Source: the human T2T-CHM13v2.0 reference genome, Homo sapiens | Assembly: GCF_009914755.1 (NCBI RefSeq) | Contig: NC_060931.1 | DNA: 64,000 nt | Reading direction: 5' to 3' (one strand) | Part shown: piece by piece, positions 28,560 through 42,714 of the stretch | Layout of the letters: every line of letters begins with the position of its first letter | How positions within the stretch are numbered: the stretch's first letter is position 1 | The notes under the pieces: model-generated | Told to the model about the DNA's origin: nothing | Databases searched by the model: none | The model's input: only the letters and a program-made list of their open reading frames with translations | Position numbers and translations under genes: made by a program

Positions 28560-29047
28560 TCTTTCCTGCTAAATGCATTGCAGTCTTCCTCCTGAGGATC
28601 AATTTTTCTCACACTCCTAGTCCTTGGTCTTCTGATGAGATAGTTCTAAGTCAACCAACATGGCTCATTTTCCTGAGTATAGTGAGAGGTTTAGAGATGT
28701 ACATGTGACCAATCAAACTACATAAGATAAACTGTGACTTTTATTGGGACATAGAAAAAGAAAATTTTGCTGTTCTCTTATGCACTCAAATCAGAAAAGT
28801 TTTAGCTATGGGACCTCTTGGTAGAATTTTGGAGCCAGGTAGAGAGAAGTGCCCTAAAATGAAACTCAGATAAGGAAATGAAATGTACATGAACAAACTG
28901 GGCTCTAATTATATCACTGGAAATTTAAACAAAGCCTAGCCAATCCCTGGACTGCTCTCTTATGTGACATAATAAATCACTTATTGTTTAGGCTGGTTTG
29001 AGCTGGATTTTCTATCACATGCAATGCAAAGTTTACTAAGTGATACA
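28560..29047 (+). mobile_element. Old ERVL-class LTR (LTR16/LTR33-like)
   Basis: CATGTGACCAATCA...AATAAATC...GGTTTGAGCTGGATTTTCTATCAC...TGATACA. Confidence 0.6.
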
Positions 29048-29131
29048 AAATTCTTCACATTTGCAACTCTAAGAATATCATTTTAAAAATGCGATTTTGT
29101 TCATAACAGTAGTATAAACTAGATTTAACTC

Positions 29132-29441
<310 letters not shown>

Positions 29442-29922
29442 TAATTCGTTTTTTTTAAAGTAATGATCTGACCCACCAAATTTCCACCAGTAGATATTCA
29501 ACGTTAGATAATTTGGTGGGTAAAATTTGGATGCATGTTTACAAGTTCAAATGATATGACAACGTACCACAGCTGTATCATAAATCCTGTATCTATTTCT
29601 TAATTTGAAGCAGCATTCAAGTATAAGTAGGATGCCCACAGGAATGTATTGAGGCTGGGGGAGGGAAAGGAGATATTGTTAATGGTGGTAGAGCATAAAG
29701 TCCAGTAACTCTGGGCAAAAGCAGAGAGATGAAAAGAGGAGGCAGGAATGGAGTCAAGACTGGGTGGAGACCTGAGATGAGGAGACAAAGTTGAAATTTG
29801 ACAGGGAACTGTGATTTTTGCTATGGGCAAAAGATATGTAGTAGAGTTTCTAAAATGAAGGAGGAGTGGGAAAGGAGCTAAGTTGGACCATTCCAGTGTA
29901 GGAGGCAGGTCAAGGCTGAGAA

Positions 29923-30050
29923 GCTACTAAATAGCTACATGGCCCTGGGCAAGTTATTTAACTCCTGTGAGCCTTGATTTCCTCAACCATAAAATGAGAA
30001 TCACAACACTCAGCACACAGGGTAATTGTGAGGATTAAATGTAAATATAA
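29923..30050 (+). mobile_element. MIR fragment, inverted duplicate of 30761-30888
   Basis: 117/128 identity to the reverse complement of 30761-30888 (manual alignment). Confidence 0.9.
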
Positions 30051-30709
30051 TGTAAGCCTCAAAATTCAAAAAGGATGGGGGGCCAGGTCAAGGCTGAGAA
30101 GGAAGAGACTTGAGGGCAATGTATGGTAGTTAGATGGATGTCTCCTACTTTGACTTTTGGCAAATTCTTCCCATCTTTTCAATGTCTTTCTCTTATTTCA
30201 TCATCATTTCAAACTTTAATTTCTACCACCACCACCCCCCCACTCCAAGTTACTCTTTGTTTTTCTCTGTCACTTTCAAATAAATGATATTTTATAGAAT
30301 AGGAATAACAACACCAGTATTAATATTTAAATAGTGCATCCTAGTTTATAAAATAGTTTCATATCCACAGTTTCATGTCGCCCACTGAAAAATATATGCT
30401 ATTTTATATATATACACACACATATATGTGCACATGTATATGTATACATATGTATATATTCATACGCACATACATATGCATTTCTGTATTTGAAGAAACT
30501 TTTTAGCTTTGTTCTTACAAAGAAGCTAAGTTTGTCAGTATTTTTTCAGTCTTGAGAAGATTTTGATTTTCTTATTCGGAAGGTCAATAACCTTGATTCA
30601 TTTTCTTATCCTGTCCCTCCATCCTCTTCTAATTTTGAGACTAATGTTGTATCAGACCAATTCCGTCTCTTTTAACAGAATTATGGGTTACACAGTAAGG
30701 AAAGAAGGT

Positions 30710-30925
30710 AACTAACATTTATTAAGTGCAAATTATGTGGTGGGCACTCTGCAAAGTCCTTTATATCCACATTTAATCCTCACAGTTATCCTGTGTGGTG
30801 AGTCTTATGATTCTCATTTTATGGATGAGGAAATCAAGGCTCACGGAAGTTAAATAACTTGCCCAGGGCCAGGTAGCTATTTAGTAGCAGAGCTGGATCC
30901 AGGAGCCCATGTTCTTTCTACTATA
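30710..30925 (-). mobile_element. MIR SINE
   Basis: AACATTTATTAAGTGC...TTTAATCCTCACA...AAGTTAAATAACTTGCCCAGGG. Confidence 0.88.
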
Positions 30926-30968
30926 ATAAATTACATTTCTAAGTTAATGTAGAAAAAAAAATGTAGGG

Positions 30969-31290
<322 letters not shown>

Positions 31291-31379
31291 AAACTGTAGC
31301 TTTTAGAAAGGCTTCTGATTTCCCCTCATATGTTATTGTCAAAAATTGAGATGCCAAACTGAAGTCAGAGTATATAATG

Positions 31380-31701
31380 CACTGACTGTCCAATAGAATA
31401 CACTGAGCCACAAATGCAAGCCAAAGGTGCATTTCGTAAAAATCTTAGTAACGTGTTCCAAAATAAAAACATACAGGTGAAGTTAATATTAATAATACCT
31501 TATATTTCATCAGGGATATCAAAGTAATCATTTCAACATGTAATCGATATAAAAATTTCAATGGATTCTTTACATTCTATTTTTTCATACTGAGTCTTTG
31601 AAATCCAGTATAAATGTTACACTCACAGCCCAATTCACGCAAGCTACATTTGAAGTGCTCAATAGCTATATGGCCACTGGCTCTCATACTGGACAGCACA
31701 G
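31380..31701. mobile_element. MER33 hAT-Charlie element
   Basis: CTGTCCAATAGAA...ATCATTTCAACATGTAATC...GTGCTCAATAGC...TGGACAGCACAG. Confidence 0.85.
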
Positions 31702-33299
31702 GTGTATATAGGCCTTAATAGACCCAATACTGCCTCATTTCCTTCGCTTGCCATAAAGGCTTCTTGGGGAGTACTGTGAACTCAATGACTCATCCTCCTT
31801 TGCATTTGTTTACTTAACTGGAATGTGCCTGGTTTCAGCCAGCAGCATGTCAGTTCAGTTAAGATGACACATTTTCTCCTGGCTTCCTAATTCTCCAGCT
31901 TTTGCTGTACTTAACCTCTTTGCTGCTCTTTGACCAGTATTGATCACTCCCTCTGCCTCAAAACTCTTCCCTCTGGATTTCTGTGAATTCACTCCATCTC
32001 CATGATTCTACTTAGACTCCTCCCCTCTTACACCGAAAAGGTAGCCCACAGCCACCTTCTTTTTGCTCTCTTTTCTGGGATTGCTAAACTTCACCTATCA
32101 TCTATACACTGAGGAAAGCAAAATCAAATGCCCTCCAGACCTTTGACATAAAATCACCTCTATATATTCAGGTGCCAAAAGTTCATTTGGATACATAGTT
32201 AAAACATCATTTATAAAATGTCAACACCACAACACACACCACTTCATATTAATCATCAGTAGGTTGAGGAAACATTTATTTTCTTAAAAAAAGGTGCTGG
32301 CCAAGTGGGTTATAATTTATTTGTCTCATTAAGTAAATTGAAAAAATTAAGAAAAGGAAAGCCATAAAAAACACAATGTAAGTTGATTGATAGATAAATG
32401 GAATAAAATTCCTTTTGTGGAATTACATCTGTCTCAAAGTGAAATAATGGCCATCCTTTTGAATTCTATATTTTCTGTAAGTTTGACTACTATCAGCAAT
32501 ACTACCATCCAAGGAATGTGACAATAAATTCTGAATAACTATACTTATCAAATTTTTACTCCGACCTAATATATTAGGCATGTGTTAAAAACTGCAGAGT
32601 GAAGAAAACAAATACAACAGAGTATTTATGGACTCTCTTGTACTACGTATTAGTTTTCAGACTCCTTTAGTATAATATTTGCTTTTGCACAGGAAACAAA
32701 GACCATTTCTCACACGACGTTGAAAAAATAATTAAACAAATTTGCTGTAGTTTTTCTCTTTTTCCAGTAAGTTTTCCTTCCATCTTTAATTCTACTTACC
32801 ATCAGTTCAAGCACACTACTGCTGCTCATGGGGTACACTCTCTCTGTATATGAATTACAGTAAGAGAGCTGGGTCATCATCATTTCCCCATATCCCATTA
32901 AGTATTTGCATTATAAATATGCATTAAATAGACTTTTTTGCTTGGGAGCTGCTATTCGCAACCTCTTTTTTGCCACTGTATCTCAGATTTACTATATGAA
33001 AGGGTTCTTAAAGCGAGATGTGAATCTATTGGTATCTCAGCGTCTGCAGTCAATCTCTGATTTTTGAGGCTAGTTTTAGAATATTTATTCAACTTTCTTT
33101 CCTGACTTTCCTGCATTTGACTATCTACCCTCAGTTTACAGACAGGTAAGTTTGGGATGCTTGCCACCATTTTTCCTTCATACACATCCAGACTCATAAA
33201 GTCACCTAGAAAGAGGACACTAACACATACAAATGCTTGAGTGAATATAGTGCAGTGTAATGCAATAAACACCCTGTAATTTCTATGGCATGACTATTT

Positions 33300-33758
33300 C
33301 AGATGCTTGCTTTTCATGCTAATTGTCTTTCAATATCCAGTTTTACTTCTTCTTTAGTAATAGAATCCTGGACAATGTGTTCTGCTAAGAAGCTCCCAGC
33401 CTCACCTTCATAGTTGGCTATGGTCATGTAACTAAGTCTGGCCAATCACATTTAAGCAGAAGTATGTATGTGTCTATGGGAAATTCTTAAAAGGGAGTAG
33501 CGAGCACAGCCTTGAATGTTGACATAATAGGTGGAACTCTAGTCATCATCTCAACCCTTGAATTTGGAAAGCCCAAGCTAAGAATGACAAAGCAGAAAAT
33601 ATGAGCCATGATAACATAGTTAAGTGGTCATAGGAGGCCTGTACAGCCTACTTATGAATTCCTTTTCTGTTAGGGACAAATAAACTTCTACCATCTTAAA
33701 ACTAATTTTATTTTGCTCTTCCTGTTAAATGAAGTCCCATCTAAGCCTAACTGGTACA
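33300..33758 (+). mobile_element. LTR33-like ERVL LTR
   Basis: CTCCCAGCCTC...GGTCATGTAACTAAGTCTGGCCAAT...AATAAACTTCTA...CTAACTGGTACA. Confidence 0.65.
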
Positions 33759-36344
33759 CACACCATAAATGGCTTCCTGAAACCTAGCGGTGCCAGATTT
33801 CAAGGAGATAGACATGATTGACCCACGTTTCCCAGGAAGATTCATAATCATAATGTTTTCATCACCTAAAATTTAGTCTCAAGTGTTATTTGTTAGTATT
33901 ATATTTGCCTGTGTACTTTGCAAAGGGCATGACTGACTACTTGACTGCATTTTCAAATGCATAGGTTAAGTAACAGAATTGATTGGTGTTTTTCCTTCTT
34001 TGTGCTACTGAGGAAATTCAGTGGTATGTCTTGGACATTCCTGGTGCTGACTGTTACATATTCTAAATGATTATCAGATCACAATCCCAGTAATTATTTA
34101 ATAAATCTGTATTTCTTATTGCTTTAGAGAGTAAAAGAATGTTACTTTATAGTACTATGATTTCCCATATATACAAAAAATCCCTGATATACAAATAACA
34201 CACACACACAAAGAATACACATAATTGCTATATTTTTAATAAAATATATGGGATCTAGCAATATTTGAGAGCAATTCTAAAATCAAAGTCACAAAGAAAG
34301 CAATATATTAAAAATCCATGTAGAATTATTAATCTAATTTTCTACAACCATAGTTTTTAAGACAATTTTCTGTGGTATGAATATTTCTCCAATTTGCCCT
34401 TCATAGGTGTAACATATGAATGTTTAAAAGTTGTTTTATAAGGTGTTGAAATTTGTATTTTAGATTTCTTGTGTGACCAATTTATCATATTTGTTTATAT
34501 CTACAGCCATATATATGTTTTAAGTAATCTTGAGAAACTTCAATAATCAATGATTATTCTTTCAAGTTAAGTTAAAACAAATTAGGTCATAGAACAATAG
34601 ATGGAGCTAATGCCTGTTTTAAAACAGTAGCATTTTTGCATAGATATTTTGGAAGCTGACTTGGATCTATTGCTTTATTTATTCTTTATTTTTTTAATTT
34701 CAAATGTTGCAGGCCAAATATCATGTATCCATATGTTGATGACTTCTTACACATCACAAAATAGGGAACTATGCACATCAAAGCCAAAGTTACTGCTGGA
34801 TTCATGTAATAAGTTACTACAGACCCAAGGCATTTCAAAATTGAAGAAAACCCACTAAAAATTCTTTCTTGTGGGTTTCAAAGTTCTTATAACAAAAACT
34901 GCTTTGAAACATGCTGGGAGAAGGACTGAAATACCACACACATAACCTGTTCAGAATTGTATACTGTGGGCAGATTACCAACTGCTGTGAGTATATTTAC
35001 TGGGAGTCATTATTGAATTTCTGTCATTAGATGGACATAATTTGGATAACAATATGCAGTACTATGGTCCTTTTTACATTTGCATTACTAAAGCTGTTCA
35101 TTTATTTGTAGTAAGTGAGATGTTTTATATTCACTTAATAACACTGTTAATAAGTGAAAATAGATTTACAATTTAACAGATACATTTACATTTTACTAAT
35201 TTTTCATTTCATAGCAAGAACCTACTTTCAATGTTTGACCACTAGGGCCTTGGTTTTTCAAAGAAAATTACAAAAAGAAATGTGACCTGTAAATTTATTA
35301 ACTTTTTTTAGTGCTTTGACATAATTTAATATTCAATCTTTAGACATAGCCATATATCCATGTTCCTTAAAAGTAAAAGATGAGGTCGTCTAATATTTAA
35401 TAAAACTTGCTGATTCCCTCAAGTAGATCCAACCACATGTTAACATTCTCACAGAACACGTTGGAAAGTAGTGTCTACTGACAAAAGATAAAATAGGACA
35501 AAAAGGCAGTGCTTCCATAACAGAACACCTTATGTGAGAGAACAAATTTTTTTCTTTCTATAAATTTGTTTGCTTTCAGTTAAGAGCCTGGGTACCATGG
35601 TGATTATATAATAGGAACATGTACCAAATTAGCTACAATGCTTATTAGTTGTCCTTTTTCAATAAGTGTTGTTGGAGACTAGAACAAAGTGATATAACTG
35701 AAAACTCACAAGAAAAATACAATCTGTAAGAATGAACTAGAGAGCTAACATTTCCTGAATGCCTACTATGTGCTAGCCAGTGGACTAGGCAATGACCTAC
35801 ATTTCTCATTTAAGTTACTATTGTTGGAAATAGTGTGCCCAATTATCAGTGGAGACTGACTTTAATCTCTTAGGTGGCTCTAATGTGGTTACTGAGTCTC
35901 ACAGCCTTACTCGAATGCAAGTCCTTGATCAGAGAGCAATGGGATGAGATTATGAATTTTCAAAACAGTGGCAATAAAAGCCTGAAGAAGTCTGCAGAGG
36001 GGACCTAGAGTACCTATTTTAGTTCATAGTCATTTAGTAATTTTTTTCAATAGAAAAAAAATTAAAGGCATAGAAGCATTTACCTTCTTCATAGCAGCAT
36101 AAAAAAGTAGCTGGTTCAAATCATCCTCATTTAGAGAACAAGGACCTTTGAGATCACTCAGTCCATAGTTTTCCAATTTTGCAAATAATTAAAGTAAGGT
36201 ACAGAGAGATTACAAGAATCACATAATTGTTAGTTATAGAGACAAGAGCAAAAACCAGCTTCCATGTTTTCCCTCTTGTCAATGTCCTGAAGTGCCGCTA
36301 GTCACCTAGAAACATTGATCTATTGACTTTAAATCTTCAGAAAG

Positions 36345-36840
<496 letters not shown>

Positions 36841-36854
36841 TTACCAATTGATTT

Positions 36855-37096
36855 TTGCCCAGGTTGGAGTGCAGTTCAGGCTGGAGCCTCTAACTCCTAG
36901 GCTCAAGTTATTCTCCCACCTCAGCTTCCCAAGTAGCTGGGACTGCACGCATGCACCATTACTCCTCAGCTTATTTTTAATTTTTGTAGTGACAGGGTCT
37001 CACTATGTTGTACATGCTAGTCTCAAACTCTTGGGCTCAAGCAATCCTCCCACCTCGGCCTCCCAAAGTGCTGGGATTGAGCCACTGTGCCTGGCC
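36855..37096 (-). mobile_element. AluJ, partial
   Basis: J-type GGGCTCAAGCAATCCTCCCACC. Confidence 0.9.
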
Positions 37097-37124
37097 CCAG
37101 TTAGCTTTTAAATGACGTCCTCCT

Positions 37125-37770
37125 TCATTCACTTACACAACAACAATTTTGAGCTCCTACTGTATACCAAGTATTGAGGGCACAAGTATGAAGAACAGGA
37201 CCACATCCTCCCCTCTCCTCAATGAACTTACAGTCAAATGGAAGATAAAAATAAGTAATCAGACATTCAGATTGCATGATATTCTATGACAAGGTGGTAG
37301 AAAATGATACTAGAATATCTAGGGGAAATAATTAACCCAAATTTGAGACTTCAGGAGCAATGTCTTACAGAAAGCACCTAGAAGTATGGAGCAGTTTAAT
37401 GTGAGAGGCGAGGGCAGAGTGTTCTAGTTAGGGCCGGCAGTGGGTGTGAAGACCAGCTGGAATGATCGTGGATCTGGAGAGACCAGTTGTGGATTGTGAG
37501 AGTGGAAAGAAAGGAGACAAGAGTGGTGAGTAGAGTCCAGAGAGGAGTTTATGAGCCGCATGGCAGAAATTAAAACATTCAGAAAGAAATGGAGAGCCCC
37601 TGAAGGATATAAATGGGAAAATGATACAAGCTTTGCATTTTAGAAAACTCACGTAAGCTAGGGTAGGAAAAAGGGGTTAGAAGTGGGTAAGATGGAGGCA
37701 AGGAAACTCAAAAGCCAATTGGTACAGTTTCAGGTGAGAAATGATGAATGACCAGACAGCTCAAAGGTGT
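37125..37770 (-). mobile_element. L2 fragment
   Basis: TTCATTCACT...GAGCTCCTACTGT...GAACTTACAGTC...GCATTTTAGAAA. Confidence 0.7.
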
Positions 37771-37959
37771 ATATGGGAGCCTTGTTTTCTAATGGAGCAC
37801 ATGTGATAATCCCTGGACAGCAAGAGAATACCTGGGGTAGACCTAAGCTTTCCCTTAGTGAAGAGGCCTCTGCTTAACACCACCATGTGGATCAGTTTTA
37901 AACACAAGAATGGGGCATCTAGCCTCCTGGGGATGCTCCTGGGAAGCTAGAGACAAACT

Positions 37960-38280
37960 ACCTGGACTCTGATACCTTGAGATTAGATTCTGGCTCCACT
38001 ACTTCCTCTGGTATGTGATTTAGGGCAAATCCTCTTACAGCAAAGCACTGTTATTATTTCATATTTAAAAAGGAGATAATAGTACCTATTTTATAGTGCT
38101 AAACGAAACAATGCATGTAAAGATCTTTTTCAAATTTTTATTATTTTCTCTTCTATTTTTATTTAATTACAAGGGTCATGCTAATCTCTGTTTTGTTCCA
38201 ATTTTAGTGTATGTGCTGCTGAAGCTAGCACTATGTAAGGTCTGTGCCTAGCATGTATTAAATATTCAATAAAACTTAGG
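37960..38280 (+). mobile_element. MIR interrupted by a U6 retrocopy
   Basis: MIR ...AATGCATGTAAAG breaks and resumes GTGCCTAGCA...TTCAATAAA. Confidence 0.7.
38170..38231 (-). pseudogene. 3'-truncated U6 snRNA retropseudogene (U6 nt 1-65) with A-rich tail
   Basis: Minus strand reads GTGCTAGCTTCAGCAGCACATACACTAAAATTGGAACAAAACAGAGATTAGCATGACCCTTG. Confidence 0.93.
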
Positions 38281-38302
38281 TCTTACATTAAATGTTTCAA
38301 TT

Positions 38303-38572
38303 TATGTATGTATGTATGTGTGTGTATGTATATATATACAGTGTGTATGTATATATATATACACACAACATATCTATCTATAACCATATATATATAACCA
38401 TATATATATATGGTTATAGATAGATACGTTGTGTGTGTATATATATACATATATACACATATAACCATATATATACACCATATATATGTATAACAATATA
38501 TATATAAAAAATATATATATAATATATATATTATATGTATATAAAATATATATATATTATATATATATATAT
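38303..38572. repeat. (TA)/(TG)-rich low-complexity tract containing a long palindrome
   Basis: Seen directly. Confidence 0.95.
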
Positions 38573-40864
38573 AGTTTTCAGGATGTCAAGTTTCCAAAGC
38601 AGTGATCCTCATTTTTAAAAAAGTCAGGGAAAACCTTAGCATCTTCAGGTTACAAGTCTACTCGTCCTTCAGAGTACAACAAAATGCCTTTTCAGTATAC
38701 AAAGAAACAAACAAAAGAAATTCCACTCAGGATAACTTATATAAAATAGGAAAATTTGCATTTTTCAGCTCTTCCCACATTCACACATTATTTCCATCAT
38801 AACCTCTTAAATATTGTCTTGTATCTAAGGTGTAGCTTGGTCTGTAAGATGAGAGACAAATAACTAAATGTATTATTACTCTTATTTTCCCTTCCTAATT
38901 ACAAAACATAAATACGTCCTGGGAATCTTCAGCAACTTCAGATGCTAAGCAGTCTCTCTGCCTCCAGTAACTTCTAGCAGGATGCTGTCCATCCAACATC
39001 CTTGACCATCCTTTCTACAACATAGACTTTAGCATGCCACTGTCGCCCAGCCCCTAACCCTCCACTCCCACCATCTTACCAGTCCCTAAACATAAACTGT
39101 GTGTTATTGTAACCCTCCCTTTGCTCATGCTCGTGCCTGGAATGTCCTTCTTGAGACTTTCTGAAATTTCTATAGAAAGTGTGGAGAAGCAAGTTTCTAA
39201 AGATGCCAGTCCTAGGAAACCAGCTGCATTTACTCTATTTCTTCTAGAGTATTTCTAGATATACTCTAGAATGAGTATTTCTCAAATCACAACAACAGAC
39301 TTTTATGATAAAACCAATAGGTGTATCAGTTATGGTGCAAAGCATGAGAGATAGGTATAAAGAAGAGTTAACTGTTGCTTTCAAGTTGTCCATATTCTAA
39401 GGGGAGAAAGCAGATCCATAGAGCTTCATTTATTACAATGTGAAAAGTGCTACAGCAGCAGATGCACCAAACATTGTGAGAAAAAACATGAAAGAGTTAT
39501 TAATTCCACTCGGAGGGTGTAATGAAATCCTCATAAAAGTCCATTTTGGAACCGGTAGTTTATTTGGTTTGCATGTGTATAAAATGGGAATCCTCCAAAT
39601 ACGCATTCACAAGGAAGGCAACATTCATAGGAAGGCATTATTTTTAAAGGCCATTAAAGTCTCTGTTTGAGATAAAAACTGCTGATACTACACCTGATAC
39701 CACTATTATCATTACTGTGAAAACTCAACAACATGATAATTAACCACATTGAGTGCTGGGAATAGGGGGGTTCTGCACTTCAACTCGTGAACATTTGACC
39801 ATCTCCCCAAACTTTCTCCAATTGTGAATCACCCCCAAATAAGCACCGAATAAGAAATGACCAAATGCACAAAAACATTCACACACACATACACACACTT
39901 GGAAGTTAGTTTCTTAAATGTTAAATGTTTTAATACATACAAAACATTTACTACACTGTGGAACCAAGTGGTGCCTTTCCTTCAAAGATGGTGAACAAAG
40001 TATATAGACCAGAAAGAACAAAGAACTATGGATCTTAATTATTAAAGCACGGCTTCTAGATTTTAAAAATATGACGCTTGCATGGTCAGTTCTACAGGTT
40101 TTCAAACAATTATAATCATTGTTCATAACCATAATTATAAACCTGGCTTAAGAAAAAAATTAGACTACCACATTAGGATTGTTAACTTAGCTCAGGTTAC
40201 ACTATGATATTATTAGCTTTTATTCTAGGCTTTCCCTCCCTAGGGTTGAAACTGTGTAAGAAAAAATAAGTAAAGGAGCCTATATTTTGATGTTTTAAAA
40301 CGTCATTAATTGCTATGTGCTATCTTGTAAGGGAAGAAAAGTATTTTTAAGAAGACCTATGAAAGGTATACTCCCAAAAGCATAAATTATGTTGTAGTGA
40401 TAATACGCCTTGGAAACCTCTTAGTAAAAATATTAGTCATTCAGAGCAAATTGAGTTCAGTGTCAGTGATACATTTTTTTTTTTTCAGATACTATGTATC
40501 CTGTTTTCCTTTAGTTACTGAAAAGTACAGGGCCACATTTAAAAGCAAAATCTCTCCTGACATCTTAGCACAACCAATAATGAAATGGAGCAACTGAGAA
40601 TTTAGCTGCTGGGACAGATGTTCAAGATCAGAATGGCAACTCCCTCGTGCACCAAGTCCTCTTTTCGGCATGATGACGATAAATACTAGGATCTTAACAA
40701 TTCACAGAGCTCACTGGATTTACATTCAGACACCAAACTTCTGAGAGAAGACGAAAGAAGATGTTTTCACTCTAAAACCACAATCATGAGTTCAGGGTCT
40801 TTTCACATTTTCAGAAATCTGAGGCAGGTAAAGTAGAACTATAAAAGGAAAATCATTTTACATG

Positions 40865-41080
40865 ATATTAAGAAACAGTGCAGACTCTGGAGCCATACTT
40901 GGTGGGTTTGAATCCTGCTTTCAACTCTTCTCATCTGTGTGACCTGGGGTAAACTGCTGACCAGCTGAAGGCCTCAATTTTTGGTCTGTAAGAGTATGCA
41001 CGTCAAAAGATAGTAATGACGATTAACGTTTAGACAGCTCCTGGCCATAGGGTAAATGCCATAAACGTGTTTGATAGTAT
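40865..41080 (+). mobile_element. MIR SINE
   Basis: GCAGACTCTGGAGCCA...GGGTTTGAATCC...CTGTGTGACCTGGG. Confidence 0.8.
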
Positions 41081-42714
41081 TCTTCTGAGGATTTGGTCAC
41101 AGGTATGAATATGGGTAGCATATAAACTCTTCTCTTAGAAATATTTTCTCAAAGATGGTGTTTGTAAGAAATGCTTATAGACAGAGTAGATGAAGTGCCC
41201 CTGAGACGAGATAGCGAGATTGCTCAGGACACACAGGTTCCACTCAGATGGCTGTTCTTTCTCTTCCCTTTACCTGGTAAAGGGAAATCCTGACACATAA
41301 GAACAAGGTCTAACCTGTTTAGGAACACTAACAGTTATATGTATCGCAAAATAAAATCATGACAGGATTATGGTTACATAATGATACAAAGGCAAACCAC
41401 AACTGTCAGTTGCAGTCAAAGAGTTTTTTCAGAAGCGTCCTCATATGCTGCCTAAAGGAATACTATATGGGTAATGTCTCTCTCTCTATTTCACACACAC
41501 ACACACTCACTCACACTCACACACACCTTTTTGTCATATAATAAACACAACACACTCTTTAGATGGAATTTGTAAAACACAGTCAAATGCAAAGAGAAAG
41601 TAATAATTTATAATGCAGAAAAATCTACTGTTAATGTTTGGTATATTTTTTTCCAAGAATTTTCTTCTGTATGCTTAGAGTTAGAAAGTTGAAACAAAGT
41701 TTTGGTTTTGGTATTTTTAAACTTGTATCAAATATTCACTTATATCTTTAAGTTACCTTATAAATTATGATTTCAATAATTAAATGGTATGAAAATTTCA
41801 ATATATATCATAACTTATTTAACTGGCCATCCTCTGAGATGTTTCAACTACATTTCAGTAGTTTGTTATTTAAACCAATACTATCAAAAATATCAATGTG
41901 TAACTATCTTGCACATCTTTATTTCAATTTCTATAAATTGACCACAAGGAAATTTTGCCAACATGATGGGTAAGTTATAGCTTCTACATTATTAATAATC
42001 AAATAGATGCAAATTAAAACAATAAACTTGAATACTGTTTTTCATAGGTTCATATAGTTTTAGTTTCCATGATTGAATTTTGCTAAATACCTATGTCTTA
42101 CTTATCTTTCCTGTAATATCAAGAATATCCTCCTGTCCAAAGACCCATGGATGTCAGTGGCCCAACCTTAGTGCTATCAATGGTCAGAACCATCTTTGTC
42201 ACCCTCTTCAGACTTGGACACAGAAGGAAGACAAATAGGAAAATATTTATAACTACCAATTATGCACTAAGATTAGGAAGAGGGAAAGAAGAATTTTGGT
42301 GAAGTAAGCATAGGGATCAAAAGAAATATGCAATAAAATTGAAGACATATTATGTACATTAAAGCAAAATAACATCAAATGCAAATTCAGCTCCACAGAC
42401 ACTGGAGTCATTTCTTTTTCTCTGTTGCATGCAAGCCCCTACTGCATAATAAGTGCTCAATAAATATGTGTTGAAGGAATATTAAAATGTAATGCAAACA
42501 GCAGCCTAGGTTGAGAGTGATCTTAGAATTGGTATTAATATTTAGCCAGAGTTAACATTTTTCTTTTTGAATAGAAATAGCTTAGTTTTCTTCTCTCTCT
42601 CTCTATTTTTCTTGTGCTTAAACCATCCAGAACACTGGTTGGCACGTAATTTCTATGTAGTTATAATTATCTCTTTCTCTGTAAATGGAAAAGCAGAAGT
42701 TTAATTGATTGTAT

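Noticed and set aside
32800-32843. Minus-strand 44-nt exon (RVYPMSSSSVLELM, ATG|GTAAGT)
   Set aside because: Good donor but poor polypyrimidine tract, and no partner exons found.
40670-40744. C/D snoRNA (ATGATGA...CTGA, 75 nt)
   Set aside because: Terminal stem is out of k-turn register, no clear C'/D' boxes, and no recognisable guide sequence.
40489-40827. Plus-strand exon (T-tract CAG ... CAG|GTAAAG) and a 59-aa minus-strand ORF
   Set aside because: Splice signals are plausible but unsupported, and the peptide is unrecognised.
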